A stretch of 63,449 nucleotides of DNA, the filler included, from Gemmatimonadota bacterium (lineage in GTDB: Bacteria; 4572-55; J002): assembly GCA_003697105.1 (NCBI GenBank). It is 7 parts of 7 records of this genome, joined end to end, with 100 filler letters (N's around TTAATTAATTAA, not from the genome) between each part and the next. Parts side by side here need not be neighbours in the genome. Positions count along the whole stretch, not along the records: positions 38,426 to 56,276 come from RFFQ01000162.1; 6 more parts are not named here. One strand, written 5' to 3'. Positions 39,797-49,646 of this stretch are shown in pieces. Under the pieces are notes generated by a model that was not told the DNA's origin, searched no databases, and worked only from the letters and a program-made list of their open reading frames with translations. Both the position numbers and the translations under genes were made by a program. Position 1 is the first letter of the stretch. Every line of letters starts with the position of its first letter.

Positions 39797-41612
39797 TCAG
39801 CACCAACGGTTGGTTTCGTAGCCGTTGAATGACGCGCCGGTTATGGAAAATATCGGCAAAATGGGGTTTTAAGCGGAGCAATTGCCCGATATACCGCCCA
39901 TTTTCCCATAAAATCTGGGGAAAATAGCGCACCCACATCAGGATGGTCCAATTTTTAAGGATCAATATCCACCGCTGTTTTGCAGATGTGGCAAGTTCTG
40001 GAAGTGTGGCACATCTGGCTTTTGCGCGGGGAGCTAGCACCGCCTCCCAACCGGTTAATCGTGCCCGGAATGCCAGATCAACCTCATCGATCTCACCTTC
40101 AAATTGCGGGTCAAACCCACCTAATTGATATAGCATATCGGTACGGTAGAGTGCCACCACTTTAAGGGGGGCAAAAATCGGACGCAGTTCCGAAGGTTGC
40201 TTCTCCGAATGTTCAGGGGATTGGATGTTGAAAACCGGCGTACCCCCCTTGGAAATCAACCACCCAACAATCTCTTGCGGATCGAAAATCAACCGCGCCC
40301 CCACCATCCCAATCCGGTTATCAAATTGAGCAACCGTCACTAATTCAGCGATAAAATCCGGCGGAATTTCCAGACCGGTATTCAACAGCAAGGTGAAATG
40401 TCCGAGTGACAGATTTTCCAGATGTTGAATTCCGGCAAGGTCTGCATCCACAAGAACGTCAATATTTTGATACGTTTGTTGCTGTAAAATGTGTATTTGG
40501 GTGTCAATGTCATCTGGGTCACCCCACAAAATCACGCTAACTTTCGGGTTTTCCGGAAGGTCGGCGGATTGTGCCCCGTGTAACAGCAACATCGTGCGGC
40601 GTTCATCTTCCCCCCGGTCAATTAGTTTCTGAATGTCGGCGGCAGAGACACGCTTTTTACGCTGAATATGCCAGCGTTTCAGCAGAGTCGGCGGCAGATG
40701 AACTATCGCCGAGAGCACCCCTCGCACAAATTGCCAACCATAGCCGGTTTTCAGGAAGTGAAACCCCGCGCTGGTGAGGATGCCATCCAACACAATCGCC
40801 GGAAAGTGGCGAACCAACAGCGGTAACGGGTAATTTTTAAGGATGGTATAAAGTTTATTGCGAGCAATCCAAAAGGTTTTGCGCGGGGTCTCCAGCAGGA
40901 GTGGATTGTTGTATTTTGCCAGATGGTCAAGGTCCACTTCCGCCGCCGTCACGCCCTCCATGTGGTAGATAATCGAATTTGGCACATACAGGCATTTATA
41001 ACCCGCCAATTGCGCCCGAAAACTCCAATCCACATCTTCCAAATAGGCAAAATAGGCATCATCAAAAAGACCGATCTCATCAAAAATGGTTTTGCGATAC
41101 ACTGCCGCTCCACCGCAAGCGCCAAACACCTCCTGTTCCTCTTGGAAATACGGTGTCAATTTGCGCCCAAAACCACGCTTAAACGGGTTGCCACTACTGC
41201 TGATCATATCGCCGGCGCCATTGATGATCTCCCGTTGCCAATAGTCCAGCATTAAGCAGGCAATAAACCCGACATCCGGCCGCCGCCGGAAGGCATCCAT
41301 CGCGGCAGTGAGCCAATCTGGATGGGCTTCGGTGTCGTTATTCAGCAGGGCGATAAATTCCCCTGTTGCCGTTTGAATGCCGGCATTGACTGCACCGGTA
41401 AATCCCCGATTTTGGCTAAGTTTGACAAGTGTAACCGTTGGAAATTCGGATTGAACAAATGGGATAGAATCATCCGTCGAGCCATTATCCACAACAATGA
41501 TTTCCACATGAGGATACGTGAGATGTTGTAAGGAAGGGAGGCAAATTTGGAGTAAGTGGCGACCGTTCCAATTTGGGATCACAACGGAGACACGGGGTAG
41601 CATGGTATTCAT
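39774..41612 (-). CDS. Two-domain GT2 family glycosyltransferase (start uncertain, may extend to 41705)
   Basis: VSVVIPNWNG, VVDNGSTD, LLNNDT, YLEDVDW; second, degenerate GT2 domain with DEVDLAFRA. Confidence 0.87.
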   Translation of the reverse strand: MNTMLPRVSVVIPNWNGRHLLQICLPSLQHLTYPHVEIIVVDNGSTDDSIPFVQSEFPTVTLVKLSQNRGFTGAVNAGIQTATGEFIALLNNDTEAHPDWLTAAMDAFRRRPDVGFIACLMLDYWQREIINGAGDMISSSGNPFKRGFGRKLTPYFQEEQEVFGACGGAAVYRKTIFDEIGLFDDAYFAYLEDVDWSFRAQLAGYKCLYVPNSIIYHMEGVTAAEVDLDHLAKYNNPLLLETPRKTFWIARNKLYTILKNYPLPLLVRHFPAIVLDGILTSAGFHFLKTGYGWQFVRGVLSAIVHLPPTLLKRWHIQRKKRVSAADIQKLIDRGEDERRTMLLLHGAQSADLPENPKVSVILWGDPDDIDTQIHILQQQTYQNIDVLVDADLAGIQHLENLSLGHFTLLLNTGLEIPPDFIAELVTVAQFDNRIGMVGARLIFDPQEIVGWLISKGGTPVFNIQSPEHSEKQPSELRPIFAPLKVVALYRTDMLYQLGGFDPQFEGEIDEVDLAFRARLTGWEAVLAPRAKARCATLPELATSAKQRWILILKNWTILMWVRYFPQILWENGRYIGQLLRLKPHFADIFHNRRVIQRLRNQPLVLIKRWFHL

Positions 41613-41722
41613 TGTGGCAACATCAAAAAATAAAGACGAGGATAGTTCATCCTCGTCAAATTCAAAGGCATCCGGTAGTTGCGGGGAACCTAAAACACGC
41701 CCCACAATAGCCTAAACCGGCA

Positions 41723-41905
41723 TTATTCTTTATGCGTGGAAATACCAAACGGGAGATAAGCGGGGCACCACTTGAAGATAGCGGTCAAAATCGGAACAAT
41801 CCCGATAACCCCCCACCAAGAGTGAAAATAGAATCCGATTGCCAGAATCACAACGCCAACAACTAGCCGAATCACGCGGTCAAGTGTCCCGATATTATGC
41901 TTCAT
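41723..41905 (-). CDS. DUF2892 (YgaP-like) small membrane protein
   Basis: NIGTLDRVIR...WCPAYLPFGIST; AGGAGG RBS. Confidence 0.88.
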   Translation of the reverse strand: MKHNIGTLDRVIRLVVGVVILAIGFYFHSWWGVIGIVPILTAIFKWCPAYLPFGISTHKE

Positions 41906-41998
41906 AGACCAAACCTCCTTCCTTACGGTACGTGAATATGTTGTTAAACAACCCGGCTACCCCCCCTAAAATTAAAGAGATTGGGGCGGCATAAATTT

Positions 41999-42472
41999 TT
42001 AGTAACTCTCTTGCACCGGATAGCCTTTTACCTGAATCTTATAATAATCAGCTGTTTCGTTTGGGGCAACTACTTTTTCGTAGGTGGTCTGTTTGGGTCC
42101 CAGAGATACCGGGTTCCAACCAATCGGGCGTTCGACGGGAACGCCGTCACGGGTGAAAAACTGCACCCGGTATTCGCCATTGACCGGGTCTTCTTCATCG
42201 GTATTAACAAATGTTAGTGAAAGTTCGAGGTAATTCTGGGCAGTTAAGGACTCTGTGACGCGCCGCAGTTGCAATGCTCCTACGTTATCTTCTTCTACCA
42301 TGACCATAATTCCGCGTTCACCACTATCTTCCGAGGCAGGCTCCACCTGTACCGGAATTCTTCCCTGACGGTCGGGAATCGTCGTTTCGATCACTACGGG
42401 ATGGGGTGTTGTTCCACAGCCAATCAGGTAGGTTGTTACCAACAGTAAGGCTAGCACGTATTGAATACGCAT
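41999..42472 (-). CDS. YcfL/DUF1425-like lipoprotein
   Basis: LIGC lipobox; EYRVQFFTRDG...W; lies in the COG3014-LpoB cluster. Confidence 0.6.
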   Translation of the reverse strand: MRIQYVLALLLVTTYLIGCGTTPHPVVIETTIPDRQGRIPVQVEPASEDSGERGIMVMVEEDNVGALQLRRVTESLTAQNYLELSLTFVNTDEEDPVNGEYRVQFFTRDGVPVERPIGWNPVSLGPKQTTYEKVVAPNETADYYKIQVKGYPVQESY

Positions 42473-42560
42473 GACTCGATCTCCTTCATCTAAAATGACA
42501 AGAACAATTCTGCTTGGATAATAAAGGGACGGCTCTCATTTGGCGACTTGCACAGAAGGT

Positions 42561-43865
42561 TCAACGGAAAGTACGGTAGCGTAAGAACCGTTTCTGTCCC
42601 GCCTCTACCCGAACACCGGTATATTGAAATTGCTCGATAGTGAAACCACTACTACCCATAATATCTAGGGTGACGGTGTAGGTGCCCGGCGGCACCAGCA
42701 ACCGGGCTACTTGAATATTATCCGGTAACGTCAGCCAACTACGGGTATCCGCAGCTTCGGTAGCAACACTGAAGATATTAAAGAGACATCCGGCAGTTTC
42801 GCCGTATTCTTTCTCGATCTGTTTCTGGATACCGTACTTGAGCGTCGCACGTGTCACCGCTTTGGTGGTGATACGCAAGCGTCGGTCTTCCAAATTTTTG
42901 ACCGCAATATCGGCGACATCTTGAACTTTTTCCGTATAGACCGATTTACCCCCTACCGAAAGCCGGGCGGATTGGGTTCGCGGCGGTCGTTTGATATAAT
43001 AAGGAAACGCAACCGTGATTTGATCATCGATTTTATCCTCAATCCGAAGATTTACAACATCCTGCCCCTTATACGGCACCATTCCATTATCCCAAATCAG
43101 GATAATTTCACCGTTTTCGGCATAGCGCTCTTGCGGAATGTAGGTTAGATTTGGAAAGGCTGACGCGTAGGTATCGTACTCTGTCTGAAATCCAAGCGCT
43201 TTGGATGTTCGGAGTAAATCTTTTTTGAGTTGGGTAGGTGCTGGGAGAGCATAAAATGTTTGGTAATCGGACTGGTAGGTCTCATAAGCATTCCGGTAGG
43301 CAATAAACGCATCATTGATATCGCCCTCCGCTTCATAAATCATACCCATTAAATAGAGCACAAAGGCATCCGATTTATACCGGTTTTTGGTTTCGTATTT
43401 TTCATTGAGTTCACCCAATTTCAGGTTTACCCGGCGGGCTTCCACTAGAGCACCATCCAAATCATTTAACATCAAGTAGTTAAGTGCCATATAATAGTGA
43501 ATCATCACCTGTTCAAAATCTTCACCGCGGTAAGGGTGCGCTAAATCATTGATCATATAGGTCATGGCTTCCCGGCTAATACTTTTTGCGTACAATTCAT
43601 CGATGCGCTCCAACGCCCGCTCGAAGAATTGGTTGCTTTCCTCGTATTTCCCGCGTAAATGGCTGACCATACCCCGGTCTAAGTAATATAGCAAAATGTC
43701 CTTATCACTATATGCCGCCTGACTTCGCGTTAAAAGCGTATCCGCTTGCGCCAGATCACCGCGCAAGAAGGTATCTTGAATCGCAATCGTCTTTTGATAG
43801 TGAGTGGCGCAACCGGAGAAGACAAAGCTGAAGATGGATAAAAGTAATAAGTGGCTTATTTTCAT
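42561..43865 (-). CDS. COG3014 family TPR lipoprotein
   Basis: FSGC lipobox; YRGEDFEQVMIHYYMALNY...ALVEARR; ADTRSWLTLP. Confidence 0.82.
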   Translation of the reverse strand: MKISHLLLLSIFSFVFSGCATHYQKTIAIQDTFLRGDLAQADTLLTRSQAAYSDKDILLYYLDRGMVSHLRGKYEESNQFFERALERIDELYAKSISREAMTYMINDLAHPYRGEDFEQVMIHYYMALNYLMLNDLDGALVEARRVNLKLGELNEKYETKNRYKSDAFVLYLMGMIYEAEGDINDAFIAYRNAYETYQSDYQTFYALPAPTQLKKDLLRTSKALGFQTEYDTYASAFPNLTYIPQERYAENGEIILIWDNGMVPYKGQDVVNLRIEDKIDDQITVAFPYYIKRPPRTQSARLSVGGKSVYTEKVQDVADIAVKNLEDRRLRITTKAVTRATLKYGIQKQIEKEYGETAGCLFNIFSVATEAADTRSWLTLPDNIQVARLLVPPGTYTVTLDIMGSSGFTIEQFQYTGVRVEAGQKRFLRYRTFR

Positions 43866-43904
43866 GGACGTATCGGGTTGAATGTAAAATAGATATGTGG
43901 TATT

Positions 43905-43938
43905 AGACCCTTCGGATGTTTAAACATCGGAAGGGTCT
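43905..43938. repeat. REP-like intergenic palindrome
   Basis: AGACCCTTCGGATGTT-TA-AACATCGGAAGGGTCT with one mismatch. Confidence 0.55.
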
Positions 43939-43963
43939 CTAGGAGATCACAAACCGAGGGCAA

Positions 43964-44560
43964 TCACAATTTGAATTTACGGCCCTGTTGGATTAATTTT
44001 TTCAATTTTTTATCCCCGATCCAGACCTTGCGATTGGTTTCCAAATCGCTTAGTTCCAGATCGATTTGATAAAATACAACTTGCTGTTTGCCCTCCTGAT
44101 CGACAATCGACTGGATCGTGCCGCTCAGCATAAAATCCGCCCCGGTTTCTTGTTTCCAGCGGGCGCGGGTTTCTTCGGAGGCAAACTCTTGCTGGTCGGC
44201 GCGTTCTTGACGGATGTCATCGCGCATGGCGCCACTTTGCACCATTTCCACCAGACCGGAATTGATCAACGCCCGCTCAATCTCATTGATAAATGTATCG
44301 ATCGCAATGTGTTCGTGGCTCCGGTTGCGGATATTCCCCACAATAATGACCGGTTGTCGGGCATTTTCGGTGGTGAACGTCGCCAACCACGGGTGATTTA
44401 GCGCATCGGCGATCATTTCTTCCGCAACTAAGCGAGAATCGGTGTCATTCCATTTCCCGCTGAGGTCGGTGACACTCTGCGGGTCAAGGCGGGTCACATC
44501 TGTGCGGGCACACCCGGAGACCCACACCACCAGCAACATCCAAATATGAATACGCAACAT
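43964..44560 (-). CDS. LpoB-family lipoprotein (penicillin-binding protein activator-like), paralog 2
   Basis: VSGC lipobox; DLSGKWNDTDSRLVAEEMI; GADFMLSGTI. Confidence 0.8.
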   Translation of the reverse strand: MLRIHIWMLLVVWVSGCARTDVTRLDPQSVTDLSGKWNDTDSRLVAEEMIADALNHPWLATFTTENARQPVIIVGNIRNRSHEHIAIDTFINEIERALINSGLVEMVQSGAMRDDIRQERADQQEFASEETRARWKQETGADFMLSGTIQSIVDQEGKQQVVFYQIDLELSDLETNRKVWIGDKKLKKLIQQGRKFKL

Positions 44561-44626
44561 GGCTCAAACCCATTATAAATACGAACAGCGGAGGTATTCT
44601 CCGCCGCTCACTCATAAAAACAGAGA

Positions 44627-45214
44627 CTAATCAATTAACTTTTTAATTTTTTTATTACCAATCCAGACCTTTTGGTTGGTTTCCATGTTCGTCAGTTCCA
44701 GATCGACCTGATAGAACATCACTTTGCGATTACCGCTGGCGTCTTCGATGGCATTGATCGTGCCGCTCAACATAAAATCCGCACCGGTTTCTTGCTTCCA
44801 GCGGGCGCGGGTTTCTTCGGAGGCAAACTCTTGCTGGTCGGCGCGTTCTTTACGGATATCATCACGCATGGCGCCGCTTTGCACCATTTCCACCAGACCG
44901 GAATTGATAAAGGCGCGTTCTAAATCTTTAATAAATGTATCTTCGCTGATATGTTCCCGAGTTTTGTTGTACACATTGCCCACAATCACGACCGGCTCCC
45001 GGTTATGTTGCGTTTTGAATTTGGTCAACCACGGGCGGGAGAGCGCATCGGCGATCATTTCTTCCGCAACTAAGCGAGAATCGGTGTCATTCCATTTTCC
45101 ACTCAGGTCTGTCACCATCGTCGGGTCCAGCCGGGTCACTTGTTTACCACCGCTACAACTCACCAAAAGCACTGCACCGACGATCCATACCAAGGCAAAT
45201 TTAATATTTTTCAT
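44627..45214 (-). CDS. LpoB-family lipoprotein, paralog 1
   Basis: LVSC lipobox; same motifs as 43964-44560. Confidence 0.8.
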   Translation of the reverse strand: MKNIKFALVWIVGAVLLVSCSGGKQVTRLDPTMVTDLSGKWNDTDSRLVAEEMIADALSRPWLTKFKTQHNREPVVIVGNVYNKTREHISEDTFIKDLERAFINSGLVEMVQSGAMRDDIRKERADQQEFASEETRARWKQETGADFMLSGTINAIEDASGNRKVMFYQVDLELTNMETNQKVWIGNKKIKKLID

Positions 45215-45279
45215 GTCATATACTCCTTTTATCTAAAATGTATTGTGGTGATAAGAATGTCATGAGTTGCTATAAACTG

Positions 45280-45954
45280 TTAAGTGATTTGGATGATGTC
45301 CATCACACGGAAAGCTTCACTATATTCGTATGCATCCGTTTGCTGGGAAAGCCATTCCCGGACAAATTGTTCTACCCGGGCAAAATCCGCAAATTGAGAT
45401 TCATGGTACGCCAGCCACTCCAATTTTTGGTCGATGAGTGCCGTAATATCCTCAAAGTAGTTCGGTTTATTGGTACCATAAAAATAAATTTGGCTCACCC
45501 GGTGCGGTTCGCCGGGGTACATAAACTTATTTTTAGCGGCAAAACAGGCATCAAACACAGCTTCTGCCGTAATGCGATGATCCCGATGAAACAGATTGAT
45601 GTTATCAAAATCCTGATTGGCGGGGTCGAATGTAAACACCTTTTCTGGCTTATACTCTTTGATCACACTCACCAGTTGATGCCGCAGTGCTTCGGTGTAT
45701 TCCAAAAACCCATCCGTATGTTCCAGAAAGACCACCTCACTCAGCCCCATTGCCTGTGCCACGCGCATCTGTTCTTTTTTCCGTTGGGAGATGCGTTCAT
45801 GGCGTGGAATGGATATATCTTTACACCCATTTTCACCATTTGTGACAATGACGAAGACCGCCTGATAGCCTTGCAATATTAATTTACGGATCGTACCGGT
45901 AGCGCCAAATTCCAAATCATCCGGATGCGCCCCAAAAGCAACAATCGTTTTCAT
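45280..45954 (-). CDS. PIG-L/LmbE family deacetylase
   Basis: AHPDDLEFG, VTNGENG, HRDH. Confidence 0.9.
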   Translation of the reverse strand: MKTIVAFGAHPDDLEFGATGTIRKLILQGYQAVFVIVTNGENGCKDISIPRHERISQRKKEQMRVAQAMGLSEVVFLEHTDGFLEYTEALRHQLVSVIKEYKPEKVFTFDPANQDFDNINLFHRDHRITAEAVFDACFAAKNKFMYPGEPHRVSQIYFYGTNKPNYFEDITALIDQKLEWLAYHESQFADFARVEQFVREWLSQQTDAYEYSEAFRVMDIIQIT

Positions 45955-46140
45955 TTAACGTCTCCTCTTTATAACGGGGTCAGATAGACTTGAGATATAG
46001 CACAAAGCCGGGGACGGGTCAATACCAAATCGCTCCCATTGAATGCCCCGTTCCCGATCATTTTCCTTGAATTTAGCCCCAATTTGTGGTAGTCTGACAA
46101 CATCTAACCTCATTTTTATTCATCTGGTTTAGGAGGACCT

Positions 46141-48546
46141 TTGATGAAACGGACACTCATTTTTATTAGTTTTAGTCTCATGTTTGCCCTGAGTTCTCTC
46201 ACACACGGGCAGAGTATCGCCCAGTGGGACACCGATTTTGGTCGATTTCGGGCAGAATTGCGGGAAGATTTAGTCCCGATCACAGTCAATAATTTTATCG
46301 GTTTAGCCAACGAAAATTTTTATGATGGGCTGATCTTTCATCGCGTGGTGGCTGGTTTTGTCATTCAAGATGGAGACCCCACCGGCACGGGTGAAGGTGG
46401 CTCGGGGGTCACGATTCCGTTGGAAATTCACCCAGAGATGCGCCATGACCGGGCAGGCACACTTGGTATGGCACGCGGTTCAGACCCCAATAGCGCCAGT
46501 TCGCAGTATTATTTTACATTATCACGCCAATCGGGGCTAGATGATAACTATGCCGTCTTTGGACATGTGATTCAAGGGCTGGATGTGGTCTTGGCGATTG
46601 GAGAAGTACCGGTTGATGAAAATGATCGCCCTTTGGAAGATGTGGTAATCGATAGCGTTCGTATCTTGGGAGTGGTATTCCCACACTTTGAACTCACCCA
46701 GACCCAAATCAGTGACCATCCCGATGATTCAGATGGTGACGGTGTGCTCAATCCGTTGGATGCCGGCCAACTTCGGGTCGAAGTGAAAAATTGGCTGGGA
46801 TGGAACAACGCGACACAAGTCATCGGACGGTTGATTGTGGAGGATGATCGGATCGCGGTCACCCAAGATTCCGTTGCATTTGGGACGATTGCCCCCGGAG
46901 ATTCCACCGATAATTTCAACCAACCGTTTGAATTTGAAGTCCTTTCGGAAGCGGTGTTTAGTACAGAAGCAACGCTCCGGTTCGAGGCAAATCCAGATTC
47001 CACCTATCCCTTTTGGGTGGAGTTCCCCATCACCATTGAGGTATCCCTGAACCAAGCCGGTTGGCCCCTGAACGATGCCCGTTCAACCTCCTCGGCGCTC
47101 GTACTCGATCTGGATGAGGACGGCACTAACGAAGCCATTTTTGCCGATGATGACGGGTACGTCCATGCCTACCGGGCAGACGGGCAAAGTGAGTTACCGG
47201 GCTTTCCGGTACCGATGGGAGCACCCATTACAGCGGCCGTAGCGGCGTATGACATCAATGATGACGGTAAGCCGGAACTGGTCGCCGGTAGCCGGAACAA
47301 CCTTTTACGGGTAATCGATTTTCAGGGGCAAACGGTGTTTGAATATCAAGCGGGGGCGGCATTTTGGGCGAATCCAATGGTAGCGGACGTGAACGAAGAC
47401 AACGTGCCGGAGGTGATCGCCATCGCGCGAAATTCAGAAGTGCTGGTATTCAACCCGGATGGCTCCACTTTCGGGGATTTTCCGGTAAGTACAACCGGAG
47501 CGACCGTCGGTTCGCCCGCATTGGCAGACCTAGACGGTGACGGTTATCAGGATATTATCTTTCTCTCGTCAACCCTGAACGCGATTTCCACCGCCACCGG
47601 AGAAAATCTAGCGGGATTTCCGGTGGCTGTCGGCGGTGCCTCTTTAAATGGTCCCGCGGTTGCCGATGTAGATCAAGATAGCTATCCTGAAATTTTGCTC
47701 GGCTTGACCAGTGGCGACGTGGTAGTCATCAATCATGATGGCACGGAGATGCTCCGCTACACCACCAGTGGCCCGATCAATGCCTCCGTTGTGGCGGCAG
47801 ATGTCAATCAGGATGCCCAAATTGAACTCATTACGATCACCAATAACGGCGATTTATTCGTGATCGACTCCCGCGGGAATGATCTTCCCGGCTTTCCGCG
47901 CGCAATGGGTGGCATGTCGCAATCCACACCGGTATTAGCCGATTTGAATGGAAACGGCACGGTTGATCTGATCTTCGGGACAAATGACGGTCTGCTCCAT
48001 GTGTTGGACATCAACGGCGAGGAGGTCTCTCCATTCCCAATTTCTGTTGGCGGCACACTCTGGATGACCAGCCCTGCCATTGCCGACTTGGATGGCGATC
48101 ACGATCTGGAAATTCTCCTACCGGGGGACGATAATTACACCGCCATTGATGTCAAAACCGGCGGGCGAGTGGTCTTACCTTTCTTTAAGGCAAACCCGGG
48201 ACGTACCGGGCAGTTGGCGGATACCTACACGAATGCTCCGGCGGGCAAACCGGCGGTACATGTCGTGGAGCATACGTTTTTGGAACGTAATTACCCCAAT
48301 CCGTTTAACCCGAAAACAACCATCCGGTATGGATTGGCAACACCGGCATCCGTCCGGATGGATATTTATGACATCAGCGGAAAATTTGTCCGAACCCTCG
48401 TCCACAACCACCAAGATGCCGGATTCTATCAGGTTCAATGGGATGGGCGCAACCAATCCGGTAAAGCACTAAGTTCCGGGCTTTATTTATACCGCTTGCA
48501 GGCAGATACATTCGTGGATATAAAGCCAATGATTTTGCTCCGGTAA
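46141..48546 (+). CDS. Secreted cyclophilin-type PPIase fused to FG-GAP repeats and a FlgD-Ig/T9SS-type C-terminal domain
   Basis: Signal peptide; FYDGLIFHRVVAGFVIQDGDP, GTLGMAR, YAVFGHV; DLDEDG repeats; NYPNPFNPKTTI...WDGRNQSG..LSSGLY. Confidence 0.88.
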   Translation: MMKRTLIFISFSLMFALSSLTHGQSIAQWDTDFGRFRAELREDLVPITVNNFIGLANENFYDGLIFHRVVAGFVIQDGDPTGTGEGGSGVTIPLEIHPEMRHDRAGTLGMARGSDPNSASSQYYFTLSRQSGLDDNYAVFGHVIQGLDVVLAIGEVPVDENDRPLEDVVIDSVRILGVVFPHFELTQTQISDHPDDSDGDGVLNPLDAGQLRVEVKNWLGWNNATQVIGRLIVEDDRIAVTQDSVAFGTIAPGDSTDNFNQPFEFEVLSEAVFSTEATLRFEANPDSTYPFWVEFPITIEVSLNQAGWPLNDARSTSSALVLDLDEDGTNEAIFADDDGYVHAYRADGQSELPGFPVPMGAPITAAVAAYDINDDGKPELVAGSRNNLLRVIDFQGQTVFEYQAGAAFWANPMVADVNEDNVPEVIAIARNSEVLVFNPDGSTFGDFPVSTTGATVGSPALADLDGDGYQDIIFLSSTLNAISTATGENLAGFPVAVGGASLNGPAVADVDQDSYPEILLGLTSGDVVVINHDGTEMLRYTTSGPINASVVAADVNQDAQIELITITNNGDLFVIDSRGNDLPGFPRAMGGMSQSTPVLADLNGNGTVDLIFGTNDGLLHVLDINGEEVSPFPISVGGTLWMTSPAIADLDGDHDLEILLPGDDNYTAIDVKTGGRVVLPFFKANPGRTGQLADTYTNAPAGKPAVHVVEHTFLERNYPNPFNPKTTIRYGLATPASVRMDIYDISGKFVRTLVHNHQDAGFYQVQWDGRNQSGKALSSGLYLYRLQADTFVDIKPMILLR

Positions 48547-48587
48547 GCCGTCTAAAACCGGTATAAGATAGATGTAAACCCCTGCGC

Positions 48588-48624
48588 GTAGGCTTGCCAA
48601 ATCGTTGATATTTGGCAAGCCTAC
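48588..48624. repeat. GTAG-type REP-like palindrome
   Basis: GTAGGCTTGCCAAAT-N7-ATTTGGCAAGCCTAC. Confidence 0.6.
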
Positions 48625-48740
48625 ATTCCTCCCCAAACCAAAGCCGCTAAAAACCTCTTGTCAAATCCTCACCCGAACATTACTCTTCAACGGATTAACA
48701 ATAACAGATACTCTTACACCATTTTTAGGTATGCGGTGAA

Positions 48741-49604
48741 ATGCCCCGTTGTTTTTTTGTCTCCGATCTACATGGTCAAGCGCATCGTTACCAGCAACTT
48801 TTCCGGCGAATCGAAATAGACCGGCCGGAGGCTGTCTTTATGGGCGGCGATTTGTTTCCCTCGGGTTTGATTCCCACCCAATCGTTCGATCCGGGACATA
48901 CAGATTTTGTTTCCGATGTACTAATTCAAGAATTTCGCCGGTTGCAAGACCGGCTTGGGGCAGATTACCCGCATGTGTTTCTCATTTTGGGCAATGATGA
49001 TGAGCGATTTGAGGAAGCATCCATTTTAGCCGGAGCGACCGAGGGAATCTGGACGTACATCCATAACCGCCATATTTCGTGGCAAGGGTACGACATTTAC
49101 GGCTATGCGTACATCCCCCCCACACCTTTTATGCTGAAAGATTGGGAACGGTACGATGTATCCCGTTTTGTGGATCCGGGTTGTATCTCCCCAGAAGAGG
49201 GTTGGCATACCGTACCGGTTTCCGAGCGGGAATTGCGCTATACCACCATCGCCGAAGACCTGAAAACGTTAGTCAAAACAGACGACCTTTCGCGGGCAAT
49301 CATGCTATTTCATGCTCCACCCTACCAAACGTATCTGGATCGGGCGGCGTTGGATGGAAAACAGATTGATCATGTTCCGTTGGATGTACATGTGGGGAGT
49401 ATCGCTATTCAGCGGTTTATTATGGAGCGGCAACCCCGGTTGACCTTGCACGGTCACATCCATGAATCCGCCCGATTGACCGGGCACTGGTGCCAACAAA
49501 TTGGTAAAACGTGGTGTGCAACTGCCGCACATGACGGCAAAGAACTGGCATTGGTCATCTTTGAGGCCGACCAACCCGACAAAATGACACGAGAATTGCT
49601 TTAA
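48741..49604 (+). CDS. Metallophosphoesterase (calcineurin-like)
   Basis: SDLHG, GGDL, LGNDD, HAPP, HGHIHE. Confidence 0.88.
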   Translation: MPRCFFVSDLHGQAHRYQQLFRRIEIDRPEAVFMGGDLFPSGLIPTQSFDPGHTDFVSDVLIQEFRRLQDRLGADYPHVFLILGNDDERFEEASILAGATEGIWTYIHNRHISWQGYDIYGYAYIPPTPFMLKDWERYDVSRFVDPGCISPEEGWHTVPVSERELRYTTIAEDLKTLVKTDDLSRAIMLFHAPPYQTYLDRAALDGKQIDHVPLDVHVGSIAIQRFIMERQPRLTLHGHIHESARLTGHWCQQIGKTWCATAAHDGKELALVIFEADQPDKMTRELL

Positions 49605-49646
49605 ACCCCCAAGACCGATTCACTTTCATGGTAATCACGGCGAATC

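Noticed and set aside
44724-45882. Long antisense ORFs (170 and 214 aa) opposite the LpoB-like and PIG-L genes
   Set aside because: Shadow ORFs of confident genes with no motifs or RBS
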